NCBI GenBank assembly: GCA_963751345.1
Contig: CAVVUS010000022.1
Coordinates: 1 to 64,000 of the forward strand
Length of the DNA stretch: 64,000 nt
Source: an uncultured Chloroflexia bacterium
GTDB taxonomy: Bacteria; Chloroflexota; Anaerolineae; B4-G1; SLSP01
Direction of reading: 5' to 3'
Shown piece by piece: positions 9,046 to 19,138 of this stretch. The position numbers and the translations under genes are program-made. The notes beneath the pieces were generated by a model. The model worked only from the letters and a program-made list of their open reading frames with translations, did not search any database and was not told the DNA's origin. Numbering within the stretch: the stretch's first letter is position 1; every line of letters begins with the position of its first letter.

Positions 9046-11123
9046 ATGGACATCACGACGGTACACGTGGTCTTTAAGACACACCTGGACATCGGCTTTA
9101 CCGACCTGGCGGCAAACGTGGTCGAGCGGTACTTCAACTCTTTCATCCCCGGATCGCTGGCCCTGGCAGAGCAAATGCACCAGCGAGGGGGAACGGAGCA
9201 ATTCATCTGGACGACGGGCTCGTGGTTGATCTACGAGTATCTCGAACAGGCGGGGCCTGCCGAGCGCAGGCGAATGGAGGAGGCCATCGAGCGCGGGGAC
9301 ATCGCCTGGCACGCGCTCCCTTTCACGACAATGACCGAGGCCGAGGACGCCGACCTCTTCAGGTTCGGCCTCTCCCTGAGCCAGAGACTGGACGCACGCT
9401 ACGGTCGAACCACCATCGCTGCCAAGATGACCGACGTGCCCGGCCACACGCGCGCGATCGTGCCGCTGATGGCGGAAGCTGGGCTGCAGCTCCTGCACAT
9501 CGGTGTCAACCCGGCCTCCAGTGCCCCGGACGTGCCCCCCGCCTTCGTCTGGCGGTCGCCGGACGGCGCCGAGATCCCTGTGCTCTACTCGGCCGGCAGC
9601 TATGGCACGCTCCATCTTGTCGAGGGACTGGAGGACGCGCTGCTCATCTCCCTCACCAACGACAACCTGGGACCGCCGCCGCTTGAGGCGATTCTGGGGG
9701 TCTACGATCAGATGCGGGAGCAGTTCCCCGGCGCTGAGGTCAAGGCGTCCACGCTGGACGCGTTCGCGCGCAAGCTGGCGACGGTCAGGTCATCCCTGCC
9801 TGTGGTGACGGGCGAGCTCGGCGACTCGTGGATCTACGGGATCGGGTCCGACCCCAAGAAGATCAGCCGGTACCGAGAACTCCTGCGCCTCGCACAGGTG
9901 TGGCGGGCCCGTGGCGTGGATCCTGCTGCACTTCATACCCTGAACCGTAACCTCGCGCTGGTCCCTGAACACACCTGGGGCATGGATGAGAAGGCCTACC
10001 TTGGAGACTACGTCAACTATGCCACCGCGGACTTCGCGGCGGCACGCGAGCGGGACGTCGTCGATACTCTCGATGTGCCCGAGGCGTACGTGCGCTATAG
10101 TTTCTGGGCGCGGCCCGACAACACGTACAGCCGGTTCGAGTCCTCCTGGCAAGAGCAACGGGCCTACGTCTCGCGGGCAATCGACGAGCCTGGAGGATAA
10201 CGCACTGAGGGCCGAGGCGGCCGAGCGGTTGGCGATGGTCGAACCCAAGCTGCCGGATAAGGATGGCTATCAGCCGCTGGACCCGGCCGGGGTGATCGAA
10301 ACCCCACAGTTACATCGTGGGCCTGGACCCGGACACGGGCGGCATCACGCGACTGGAGCAGCGGGAGCCGAGTCGGACGCTCGCTGCTCCCGATCACGTG
10401 CTGGGCCTTTTCCGGTACGAGAGCTTCTCACAGGCCGACTACGACCGCTGGATGCACGACTATGCCATCAACATGGAGGGCAACGCCGGGTGGGCCTACG
10501 CTGACTTCACCAAGCCGGGGATGGACGCCGCCCGACCCCAACCCGAACACCAGATGTACGAACCCCATCTGGTCACGGCAATGCAGAGATCCACAGACAA
10601 TGGCCTGGATCTACTGCTGGAATTGGCCATGCCCGAGGCATGCGCGACGCTGCTGGGTGCCCCGCGTAAGGTCACCATCGAGTACATGTTCCGCAAGCAG
10701 CGCATCGACATCCGCCTGCAATGGTTCGCCAAGCAGGCATGCCGGCTTCCCGAAGCCGCGTGGTTCTCGTTCAGCCCCCTGGTCGAAACGCCGGAGAACT
10801 GGAAGCTCGACAAGATGGGGCAGGCAGTCTCACCGCTCGAGGTCGTGCGTCACGGGGGGCGGACGCTGCACGCGATCGGGCGGGGCGTCGAGATCCGGGA
10901 CGCGTCCGGCTACCTGGCGATTGACAGCCTGGATGCCCCTCTGGTGGCGCCGGGAGCGCCGCGGCTGCTGCATTTCGACGATACGCAGCCGTCGCTTGAG
11001 GGCGGCATGCACTTCAACCTGCACAACAACCTATGGGGAACTAACTTCCCGATGTGGTATGAGGAGGATGCGCTCTTCCGGTTTGCGCTGCGGCTATTGC
11101 CCACCGAGGGAAATCACGTATAA
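9046..11123 (+). CDS. DUF5054 / GH38-like glycoside hydrolase (2 frameshifts)
   Basis: VHVVFKTHLDIGFTD, MTDVPGHT, EHTWG, HFNLHNNLWGTNFPMWY. Confidence 0.75.
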
Positions 11124-11212
11124 TCCGCCGTTGGCTTGGGTTAAGGCGTTGTGGGGTCAGCCAGCTCCGCACGCGATCAAGACTATTCTTTAATCCGACG
11201 AGGAGAACATTA

Positions 11213-11383
11213 ATGGCATACTTCATAAATGACGACTGCATCAGCTGTGGCGCCTGCACTTCGGAGTGCCCTGTCGACTGCATCTCGGAAGGCAATGGCA
11301 AGTACGTAATCGATGACGCCCAGTGCATCGACTGCGGTAGCTGTTCAGCCGTCTGCCCCGTGGACGCCCCGCAGCCTCAGTAG
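11213..11383 (+). CDS. 2[4Fe-4S] ferredoxin, 56 aa (below the ORF-track cutoff)
   Basis: MAYFINDDCISCGACTSECPVDCISEGNGKYVIDDAQCIDCGSCSAVCPVDAPQPQ; AGGAG RBS; TATAAT at 11119. Confidence 0.93.
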   Translation: MAYFINDDCISCGACTSECPVDCISEGNGKYVIDDAQCIDCGSCSAVCPVDAPQPQ

Positions 11384-11408
11384 GCCGCAAAGCTTTCATA
11401 GGTCAGCT

Positions 11409-11443
11409 ACAACCGCCCCGTGCCATCAAGCCGGGGCGGTTGT
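11409..11443. terminator. Hairpin between convergent genes
   Basis: ACAACCGCCCCG..CGGGGCGGTTGT. Confidence 0.65.
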
Positions 11444-11456
11444 GCGTGGACCGGCC

Positions 11457-12248
11457 CTATGCCTGGTCCCCGTGCGCCTCGATTCCGCCATCCGATCCAC
11501 CATCGGAAGCGGCAGTCACTTCCGGCACATACACCTCCGCCTGTGCTTTGGCAATCCAGCGCGTTGCCTCACAGATGAGATGGGCGCCCAGTGGCACCGA
11601 GACTAGCGTCCGAGTTGATCGAAAGATGGTACAGCCCTGGATCGTCCCACGCTATGCCAAACTGGCGCTGCAGATAACGCGCGCGGCTTCGATCGCTCCG
11701 CTGAATGGCATCTACCGCCTCTTCCTGCGAGATGCCCTCGGCCGCCATCAGCGTCCGAGCGCGAACTGCACACGAACCGTAGATCCGCACGTGCAGAGCA
11801 TTCCGCCGGTGACGCAAGATGGCCTGGCCACCCCGACCTGCGATCACGACGTTCCCAATCTCCGCGTAGCTCTCGATCACCTGGCGAATCAGCTCGGCGT
11901 ATCTCTCAGCCGCAGCCGCCCGCTCCTGCTCTGACCATGAGCCGCTCGTCAACCAACGAGCCCATCACTTCGGCGTAAGCCTGCCCCTCTCGCATGGTCG
12001 CGCTTGGCAGCAGTCGGCACCGGTGACATCCGCCCCAGCGTTTCCAGGACCCTGAACATGAAGCTGCGACTCCGCTCCTGCTCGGCCAGGGCCTCGACCA
12101 TGCGCTCATCGGGATACCCCGCATTCGCAGCCGCCCTGGATAGTATCTCGCGGTCCAGATACCGAAAGCCCAGCCGCTGAGCGACCTCGGTGCCGATATA
12201 GCTTCCGCGGCTACCCAGTTGCCTCGAAATGGTGATGACGATTCCCAT
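11457..12248 (-). CDS. Cytidylate kinase-like family protein (frameshifted)
   Basis: VITISRQLGSRG..I...VA.RLG, NVVIAGRGGQ, SDRSR..Y, WDDP.LYHL.IN; promoter TTGACT-17-TATTCT at 12401-12373. Confidence 0.8.
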
Positions 12249-12493
12249 CGAAGCCTCCTCTCGCATCCTCTGATTGGCCGTCGACCTACGACCCGCATTG
12301 GTCCGGGTATCCCTGTGGGAGCTGTGCGTGCGTTGTGATTGCGAGGAAGATACAGAAACTGCAGTCACTTTTAGAATAGCATACAAGGCATCGGAAGTCA
12401 AAGATCGTTGGCGCGACGAACCTTGCGACGTGTGCACCATAGGAATCGTGGTATAGTCGAAACACACACGCAGACCCGTAAGGAGTGACCCCA

Positions 12494-13711
12494 ATGGACT
12501 TGACCATGCGCGAGGCTCGACTCCGGAAGCTACAGGCAGCGTACGAGGCCCTCGTCACCCAGCCCAACGAGATCGACGATCGGTGGACGGGAGGACCCGT
12601 CGATCGATACAGGTACCCCATCCTCACGGCGGCACATACTCCCCTCAGTTGGCGCTATGACCTGGACCCCGCGACGAACCCCTATCTCGTGGAACGGCTG
12701 GGGGTTAACGGCGTCTTCAACGCCGGGGCCATCGAGCTTCACGGCAGGATCCTGTTGGTCTGCCGTGTGGAGGGCTCCGACCGCAAGTCCTTCTTCGCCG
12801 TAGCCGAGAGCGAGAACGGGATCGACAATTTCAGGTTCTGGGATCTGCCCGTTGTAATGCCCGAGACGGAGAATCCGGACGTCAACGTCTACGATATGCG
12901 CCTGACGCAGCACGAGGACGGGTGGATCTACGGCGTCTTCTGCACCGAGCGCAAGGATCCCGACGCCCCACCCGGCGATATGAGCAGCGCGGTCGCGCAG
13001 GCCGGGATCGCGCGGACCCACGATCTGGTGGATTGGGAGCGGCTTGATGACCTGCGGACGGCCTCCCCCCAACAGCGCAACGTCGTGCTTCACCCCGAGT
13101 TCATCGACGGCAAGTATGCCTTCTACACGCGGCCGCAGGATGACTTCATCCAGGCCGGCAGCGGTGGGGGCATAGCTTTTGGACTGGCAGACGACATCGA
13201 GCACGCCGTTGTCGGAACTGAGGAGATCGTCGACCCGCGTGCCTACCACACGATCAAGGAACTCAAGAACGGCGCCGGTGCGACTCCGATCAAGACGCCC
13301 GATGGCTGGCTGCACATCGTCCACGGCGTGCGGGCCTGTGCCGCCGGGCTGCGCTACGTGCTTTACGCCTTCCTGTGCGCCCCGGACGATCCAAGCAAGG
13401 TCATCTACGAGCCGGGCGGCTACCTTATGGCGCCGAAGCTCGAAGAGCGCGTCGGTGATGTCTCCAACGTGCTCTTCTGCAACGGCGCGGTCGCACGGAA
13501 GACCGGCGACCTCTACGTTTATTACGCCTCGTCCGACACGCGGATGCACGTCGCCACTACCACCGTCGACAGAATGCTGGACTATGTAAAGCACACGCCG
13601 CCGGACGCCGGGCGTTCTGCCGCCTGCGTCGCCCAGCGCATCGCGCTCATCGAGCGGAACCGGGCGTATATGCAGAACATCGATAGGGAAGTTTCGAATA
13701 GCACCCCATAG
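12494..13711 (+). CDS. GH130 4-O-beta-D-mannosyl-D-glucose phosphorylase
   Basis: [58 protein letters not shown]. Confidence 0.9.
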   Translation: MDLTMREARLRKLQAAYEALVTQPNEIDDRWTGGPVDRYRYPILTAAHTPLSWRYDLDPATNPYLVERLGVNGVFNAGAIELHGRILLVCRVEGSDRKSFFAVAESENGIDNFRFWDLPVVMPETENPDVNVYDMRLTQHEDGWIYGVFCTERKDPDAPPGDMSSAVAQAGIARTHDLVDWERLDDLRTASPQQRNVVLHPEFIDGKYAFYTRPQDDFIQAGSGGGIAFGLADDIEHAVVGTEEIVDPRAYHTIKELKNGAGATPIKTPDGWLHIVHGVRACAAGLRYVLYAFLCAPDDPSKVIYEPGGYLMAPKLEERVGDVSNVLFCNGAVARKTGDLYVYYASSDTRMHVATTTVDRMLDYVKHTPPDAGRSAACVAQRIALIERNRAYMQNIDREVSNSTP

Positions 13712-13722
13712 GAGGGCAGATT

Positions 13723-14892
13723 ATGCCAAGCAAGTACGATCCGAAACCCGAGCACAAGTTCACGTTTGGCCTCTGGACTGTCGGCAACGTTGGCGCCGAC
13801 GCATTTGGCGAGGCGGTACGCGCCAAGCTGACGCCTGCCGACCTGGTCTATCTCCTCGGTGAGGTCGGCGCCTACGGCGTCAACTTCCACGACAACGACC
13901 TGATCCCCATCGACGCCACGCCAACAGAGCGTGCCGCGATTCTCAAGGCGTTCAAGAAAGCGCTGGCCGACACGGGCCTCGTCGTTCCGATGGCGACGAC
14001 CAACCTCTTTGGCAACCCGGTCTTCAAGGATGGCGCTTTCACCGCCAATGACCCGCAGGTCCGCGCCTACGCGCTGCAGAAGACAATGAACGCGATCGAC
14101 CTGGGTGTCGAGCTGGGCGCAGAGGTCTATGTCTTCTGGGGAGGGCGCGAGGGCATCGAGACGGACGCAGCCAAGAGCCCGGTCGCCTCCACGAAGCGCT
14201 TCCGTGAGACCATCAACTTCCTCTGCGACTACGTCATCGATCAGGGTTATGACCTCAAGTTCGCCCTGGAGGCCAAGCCCAACGAGCCTCGCGGCGACAT
14301 GTACTTTGCCACCACGGGGGCCTACCTCGGCTTTATCGAGACGCTCGATCATCCGGAGATGGTGGGCGTCAACCCGGAGATGGCCCACGAGCATATGGCT
14401 GGCCTCAACTTCCTGCACGCCGTGGCGCAGGCATGGGAGGCCGGCAAGCTCTTCCACATCGATCTGAACGACCAAAACTACGCCCGGTTCGATCAGGACT
14501 GGCGATTCGGCGCGCAGAACCTCAAGCCGGCTTTCTTCCTGGTGAAGTTTCTGGAGGATGTCGGGTATCAGGGAAGCCGCCATTTCGACGCCCACGCCTA
14601 CCGCACCGAGGACTACGAAGGTGTCAAGGATTTCGCTCGCGGCTGCATGCGCACCTACCTGATCCTCAAGGAGAAGGCCGCGCAGTTCAACGCCGATTCG
14701 GAGATCCAGGCGCTGCTGGCCGAGATCAATGCCGACGATGGCGCAATGGACCCGTTCAAGGGCGCCTACTCGGCCGACAAGGCCGCCGCACTCAAGGCCC
14801 ACGCCTTCGACCGTGAGGCGCTCGCCTCGCGCGGCATGCAGTACGAGAAGCTGGATCAGTTGACGGTGGAGTTGTTGTTAGGCGTTAGATAG
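13723..14892 (+). CDS. xylA: Xylose isomerase (class I)
   Basis: [42 protein letters not shown]. Confidence 0.95.
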   Translation: MPSKYDPKPEHKFTFGLWTVGNVGADAFGEAVRAKLTPADLVYLLGEVGAYGVNFHDNDLIPIDATPTERAAILKAFKKALADTGLVVPMATTNLFGNPVFKDGAFTANDPQVRAYALQKTMNAIDLGVELGAEVYVFWGGREGIETDAAKSPVASTKRFRETINFLCDYVIDQGYDLKFALEAKPNEPRGDMYFATTGAYLGFIETLDHPEMVGVNPEMAHEHMAGLNFLHAVAQAWEAGKLFHIDLNDQNYARFDQDWRFGAQNLKPAFFLVKFLEDVGYQGSRHFDAHAYRTEDYEGVKDFARGCMRTYLILKEKAAQFNADSEIQALLAEINADDGAMDPFKGAYSADKAAALKAHAFDREALASRGMQYEKLDQLTVELLLGVR

Positions 14893-14894
14893 GT

Positions 14895-15044
14895 GTTAGC
14901 CATCAGCTATCAGCGATCAGCTCTCAGCCAGGAGTAAGGAGTAGGGAGTAAGAGTAGGGCTCTGCCTTATTGCTTCCCCTTACTCCATACTTCTAACTTC
15001 CTCCGATGTCTTGCTGATTGCTGAAGGCTTATAGCTGACCGCTC
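14895..15044. repeat. Nested heptamer-repeat palindrome (TCAGC / GGAGTA arms), family A
   Basis: (nnTCAGC)n (GGAGTAn)n loop (nTACTCC)n (GCTGAnn)n; similar copy at 46523. Confidence 0.8.
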
Positions 15045-15061
15045 TTCCGAGGAGGTCTGCA

Positions 15062-15959
15062 ATGCGCGTTCTCGTCACCGGGGCCAGCGGTCGGCTGGGC
15101 CCGCACGTCGTCAGGGAGTTAGCGGAGCACGGGCACGAGCTGGTGCTCTTCTCGCGCCGGGAGCCCGTAGCCCGAGCTGCGGCGTTGGCCCTGGATCCAG
15201 GGCGATCTCAACGACTTCAAGGACTGCCTGCGCGCGGCCGAGGGCGTCGACGCGATCCAGGCACTGGGCGCTGAACCCTCGCCGTCGGATCATCCCGACC
15301 TGCGTCCGCAGGTTCGAGGCACGTGGGATCCCCTTCGACCAGACAATGCGGTCACGAACATCATGGGGCTCTACTACCTGCTTCAAGCCGCGCTCCGGAA
15401 CGACGTCGAGGTCTTTGTGCAGACGGGCAGTAATTGTGCCCTGGGCCACGGCTACCGGATCAGCGACGGCCCTTTCCCATTTGGGAGCTTCCCTGTCGAC
15501 GAGACGCACCCCTCGGACGTCGAGGACGCGTATTCCTACAGCAAGCTCGCAGGCGAGATGCTGCTGGCCTCCTACACGCGGGCTTACGGCATGCGGACCT
15601 ACGCGGTGCGCGCGGCCGGCATCTGCGATGTGGACCGCCGCCGCGCGATGGCCGAGAGCGCCAAGCCCGCCACGGGATGGAATCCCTGGCTTTGGGCATG
15701 GGTCGGCAGCGAGGATGTCGCCTCGGCGCACCGGCTGCTGATGGAGAAAGCCGAGGCTATCGAACCCCACGGCGTCTACTACTGCAACGCCGACGACACG
15801 ACCGCCCTGGAGCCGTCCATAGAGCTCATCGAGCGGTTCAAGCCCGAATACCTCGACCTGGTCCCGACCTGCCCGGCCACGCCTCTTTCTTCAGCAATCG
15901 GCAGGCTCAAGGACGTGGTCGGATGGGAGCATAGGACGAGTTGGCGGGAACTACGATAG
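15062..15959 (+). CDS. NAD-dependent epimerase/dehydratase (extended SDR), frameshifted
   Basis: MRVLVTGASGRLG; YSYSK (YxxxK). Confidence 0.85.
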
Positions 15960-16165
15960 TTATCGGTTGTCGGCTAACCTACTTCGTGAAAACTGTCATG
16001 CCTGAGCCGAAGCGAAGGATCTCAGTCCTGCAAGGCGGAGATCCTTCACGCGCCCACTGCGTGGGGCGCCCGTCTCAGGATGACAGCTCCCAAGAATCAG
16101 GTTAACTGAGCCCTACAGCGGCACTCGACGGGGAACTGATAACGTCAACTGACAACCGACAACTT
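15956..16165. repeat. Heptamer palindrome (GTTGTCR / YGACAAC), family B, enclosing a TGTCAT..ATGACA MITE-like element
   Basis: Left arm GTTATCG GTTGTCG; right arm TGATAAC..TGACAAC CGACAAC; inner TGTCATGCCTGAGC..GAAGGATCTC / GAGATCCTTC..CTCAGGATGACA. Confidence 0.7.
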
Positions 16166-16185
16166 CCTTCCGAGGAGGTGTGACG

Positions 16186-17298
16186 ATGGATAGCACCGTT
16201 GGCATAGGCGTCGTGGGCGCGGGAGCGATTGGGATTCGGGGCGCGTTGATGCACCTGACGCAACCCGACGTGCAGGATCGGGTCCGGGTGACCGCCGTCT
16301 GCGATCCGGCCCCGGGCCGGGCAGAGGCCGCCGCAGCGAAGTATGGCGTGCCCGCGCACTACCTGACCTATGAGGAGCTACTGGCTGACCCGAACGTCGA
16401 TGCGGTGACCCTCTGCTCTCCCGATCGGCCTGCACTACGAGCAGGGACTCCAGGCCATCGAGGCAGGCAAGCACCTGCACGTCAACAAGACAATGACGAC
16501 AACCGTGGTCGAGGCCGACTACTCATCGAGGCAGCCGCTGCTGCGGGGGTGCACATTGTGGCCTCGCCGGGCATGATGCTCTACCCACACAACCGCCGCG
16601 TCCGCAAGGCCGTGCTCGAGGGCAAGCTCGGACGCCTGGTGTGGGCGGTAACCGGCACCTCGGGCGTGGGTAACTACCACATGAACGAGGAGTTCCGTAC
16701 CGGCGATGACGTGCTGACCGATGTGGACCCCAGTTGGTACTTCCGAAAGCCAGGTGGCGGCCCTCAGTACGACGTCACTGTCTACTGCCTGCACAATCTC
16801 ACCGGCATTCTTGGGCCCGCAAAACGCGTCACGGCGATGTCGGGCCTGGTGATCCCGGAGCGGGACTACCATGGCAAGACGATCACGTGCGATATGGACG
16901 ACAACACCGTGCTGCTGCTCGACTTCAGCGACGCCTTGTACGCCTTCGTTTACGCCACGCCGACCGGCAGCCTCACCCAAGGCTTCCAGCCCAATATCTA
17001 CGGCACGTCCGGCGCGATCGTCGGCACCAAGCTCGGTGACATCGACCTGAAGCTGCCGGACGACTATTCACCGCACGTGAGCGGGCCACACACCCAGATG
17101 AAGGAGTATCATGTCTTCGAGGACATGATGCAGCTCGTGGACTGGATCCGTGACGGCATCCCCTCCGTCGCCACGCCGGAGCACGCTCGCCACGTCATCG
17201 ACATCATCGAGTCCGGCTACCGCGCCGCCGAGACCGGCGAAACGCAGGCCCTGCGGACAACGTTCGAGCCGCTGTCGGCGGAGGAGCTTGATGTCTGA
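16186..17298 (+). CDS. Gfo/Idh/MocA oxidoreductase (compensating frameshifts near 16420-16515)
   Basis: IGVVGAGAIG, AVCD, ELLADPNVDAV, GGGPQYDVTVY. Confidence 0.85.
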   Translation: MDSTVGIGVVGAGAIGIRGALMHLTQPDVQDRVRVTAVCDPAPGRAEAAAAKYGVPAHYLTYEELLADPNVDAVTLCSPDRPALRAGTPGHRGRQAPARQQDNDDNRGRGRLLIEAAAAAGVHIVASPGMMLYPHNRRVRKAVLEGKLGRLVWAVTGTSGVGNYHMNEEFRTGDDVLTDVDPSWYFRKPGGGPQYDVTVYCLHNLTGILGPAKRVTAMSGLVIPERDYHGKTITCDMDDNTVLLLDFSDALYAFVYATPTGSLTQGFQPNIYGTSGAIVGTKLGDIDLKLPDDYSPHVSGPHTQMKEYHVFEDMMQLVDWIRDGIPSVATPEHARHVIDIIESGYRAAETGETQALRTTFEPLSAEELDV

Positions 17299-17435
17299 TA
17301 CCAGAAGCCGGAAGCCAGATACCGGATGTTTGGTGCTGGATGTTCGACATTGCATGCTGGGCCTTGAGATCCGCCGATGTCGGCAACTCCCGAACCAAAA
17401 CGGAGACTGTTATCCAACATCCGGCATCCAGCATC
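17294..17435. repeat. Heptamer-repeat palindrome (GGATGYT / CATCCRG)
   Basis: TACCAGA AGCCGGA AGCCAGA TACCGGA; GGATGTT..GGATGTT versus CATCCGG CATCCAG. Confidence 0.65.
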
Positions 17436-17462
17436 GTTTCTCATGTCCTTAGGGAGGCACCC

Positions 17463-18966
17463 ATGACTCGCAATCTCACCCTCGGCCTCGACGTCTCCAC
17501 CACCGGCGCGAAGGCGCTGCTGATCGATGACACCGGCACGGTTGTCAGCAGCGCGACGACGCCGCTGCCGCTCTCCACGCCCAGGCCACTCTGGTCCGAG
17601 CAGGATCCCCACGATTGGTGGGACGGCATCGTGATGAGCATCCGGCAGGCGCTCGCCTCCGCCGGGGCCACCGCCGACGACGTCAAAGCCGTCGGAATGA
17701 CGGGCCAGATGCACGGGCTGACGCTGCTCGACGGCGCCGGCGAGGTGCTCCGCCCGGCGATCCTGTGGAACGACCAGCGCACCGGCGCCCAATGTGACGA
17801 GATCCGCGCGCGTGTGGGCAAGCAGCGCTTTATCCATACTCACCGGAAATGATGCCCTGACCGGATTCACTGCGCCAAAGATCCTGTGGGTGCGCGAGAA
17901 CGAGCCCGAGGTCTATTCCAGGGCAGCGCAGATCCTGCTGCCCAAGGACTACATCCGCTACAAGCTCACGGGCACCTATGGCACGGACAAAGCAGGGGCG
18001 TCGGGCACGGTCCTTTTCGATCTGAAGGCGCGTGACTGGTCGCCCGAGATACTGGAGGCATTGGAAATCCCTGCGGCGTGGCTCCCGAAGACGTACGAGG
18101 GGCCCGAGGTCACGAGTGCCATCAGCGAGGCCGCCGCCGAGCTGACCGGCCTCAAGGCAGGCACGCCCGTCGTGGGCGGCGGGGGTGATCAGGCAGCGGG
18201 GGCCGTGGGCGTGGGCGCCGTCGAGCCCGGCATCGTCAGCCTCGTGCTAGGCACCTCCGGCGTCGTCTTCGCCTCCACGGGCGAACCCTATATCGAGCCC
18301 GAGGGGCGGCTCCACGCCTTCTGCCACTCGGTGCCTGAGACCTGGCACCTGATGGGCGTGATGCTCTCGGCTGCGGGAAGCCTGCAATGGTTCCGCGATA
18401 CCGTGGCGCCGGATCGTTCCTTCGACGATCTGACCGCAGCAGCAGCCGGGGTGCCGGCAGGCGCAGAGGGACTGCTCTTCCTGCCCTATCTCACCGGCGA
18501 GCGGACCCCCTACCCCGATCCGCTGGCGCGGGCGGGTTTCGTGGGGCTGACCCTGCGCCACGCCCAGGCGCACATGACGCGAGCCATCCTGGAAGGCGTC
18601 GCCTTCGGGCTGCGCGACAGCATGGAGCTGATGAAACAGGCCGGATTGGGCGAGATCACCCAGGTCCGCGTCGCGGGGGGCGGCGCCAAGAGCGCGCTAT
18701 GGCGCCAGATCCTCGCCGACGTGATGGACAGCGAGCTCGTGACGGTCAACACCACCGAGGGCGCCGCCTACGGCGCGGCCCTTCTTGCCGGCGTCGGCGC
18801 GGGCGCGTGGGCGAGCGTCCCGGAGGCATGCGCCGCCGCAATCACCGTCGTCGACCGCGTCACGCCGCAGCCCGGCGCGGTCGCCATGTACGACGAGCTC
18901 TACCCGCTCTACCGCGGGCTCTACCCGGCGCTCAAACCGACCTTTGACGCGGTAGGGGAGGCGTAG
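17463..18966 (+). CDS. xylB: Xylulokinase (frameshift near 17835)
   Basis: GLDVSTTGAKA, TGQMHG, ILWNDQRT, GGGDQAAGA, LPYLTGERTP. Confidence 0.93.
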
Positions 18967-19022
18967 CGACGTCATAAACGACACACTGTCTGTAGGAGAA
19001 CAGCGTCTGCTATAGCGACACT

Positions 19023-19050
19023 GAGATCCTTCACTTCGTTCAGGATGACA
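19023..19050. repeat. Right arm of a TGTCAT..ATGACA MITE-like repeat
   Basis: GAGATCCTTCACTTCGTTCAGGATGACA resembles the arm at 16038-16085. Confidence 0.55.
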
Positions 19051-19138
19051 ACGTAGGTGCATCGTGAACAACTGAACCGTGCCCGGCTACGCGGGGAACA
19101 CCTAACAGCAGACAGCCAAGATCGAAGGGAGGGCAAAC

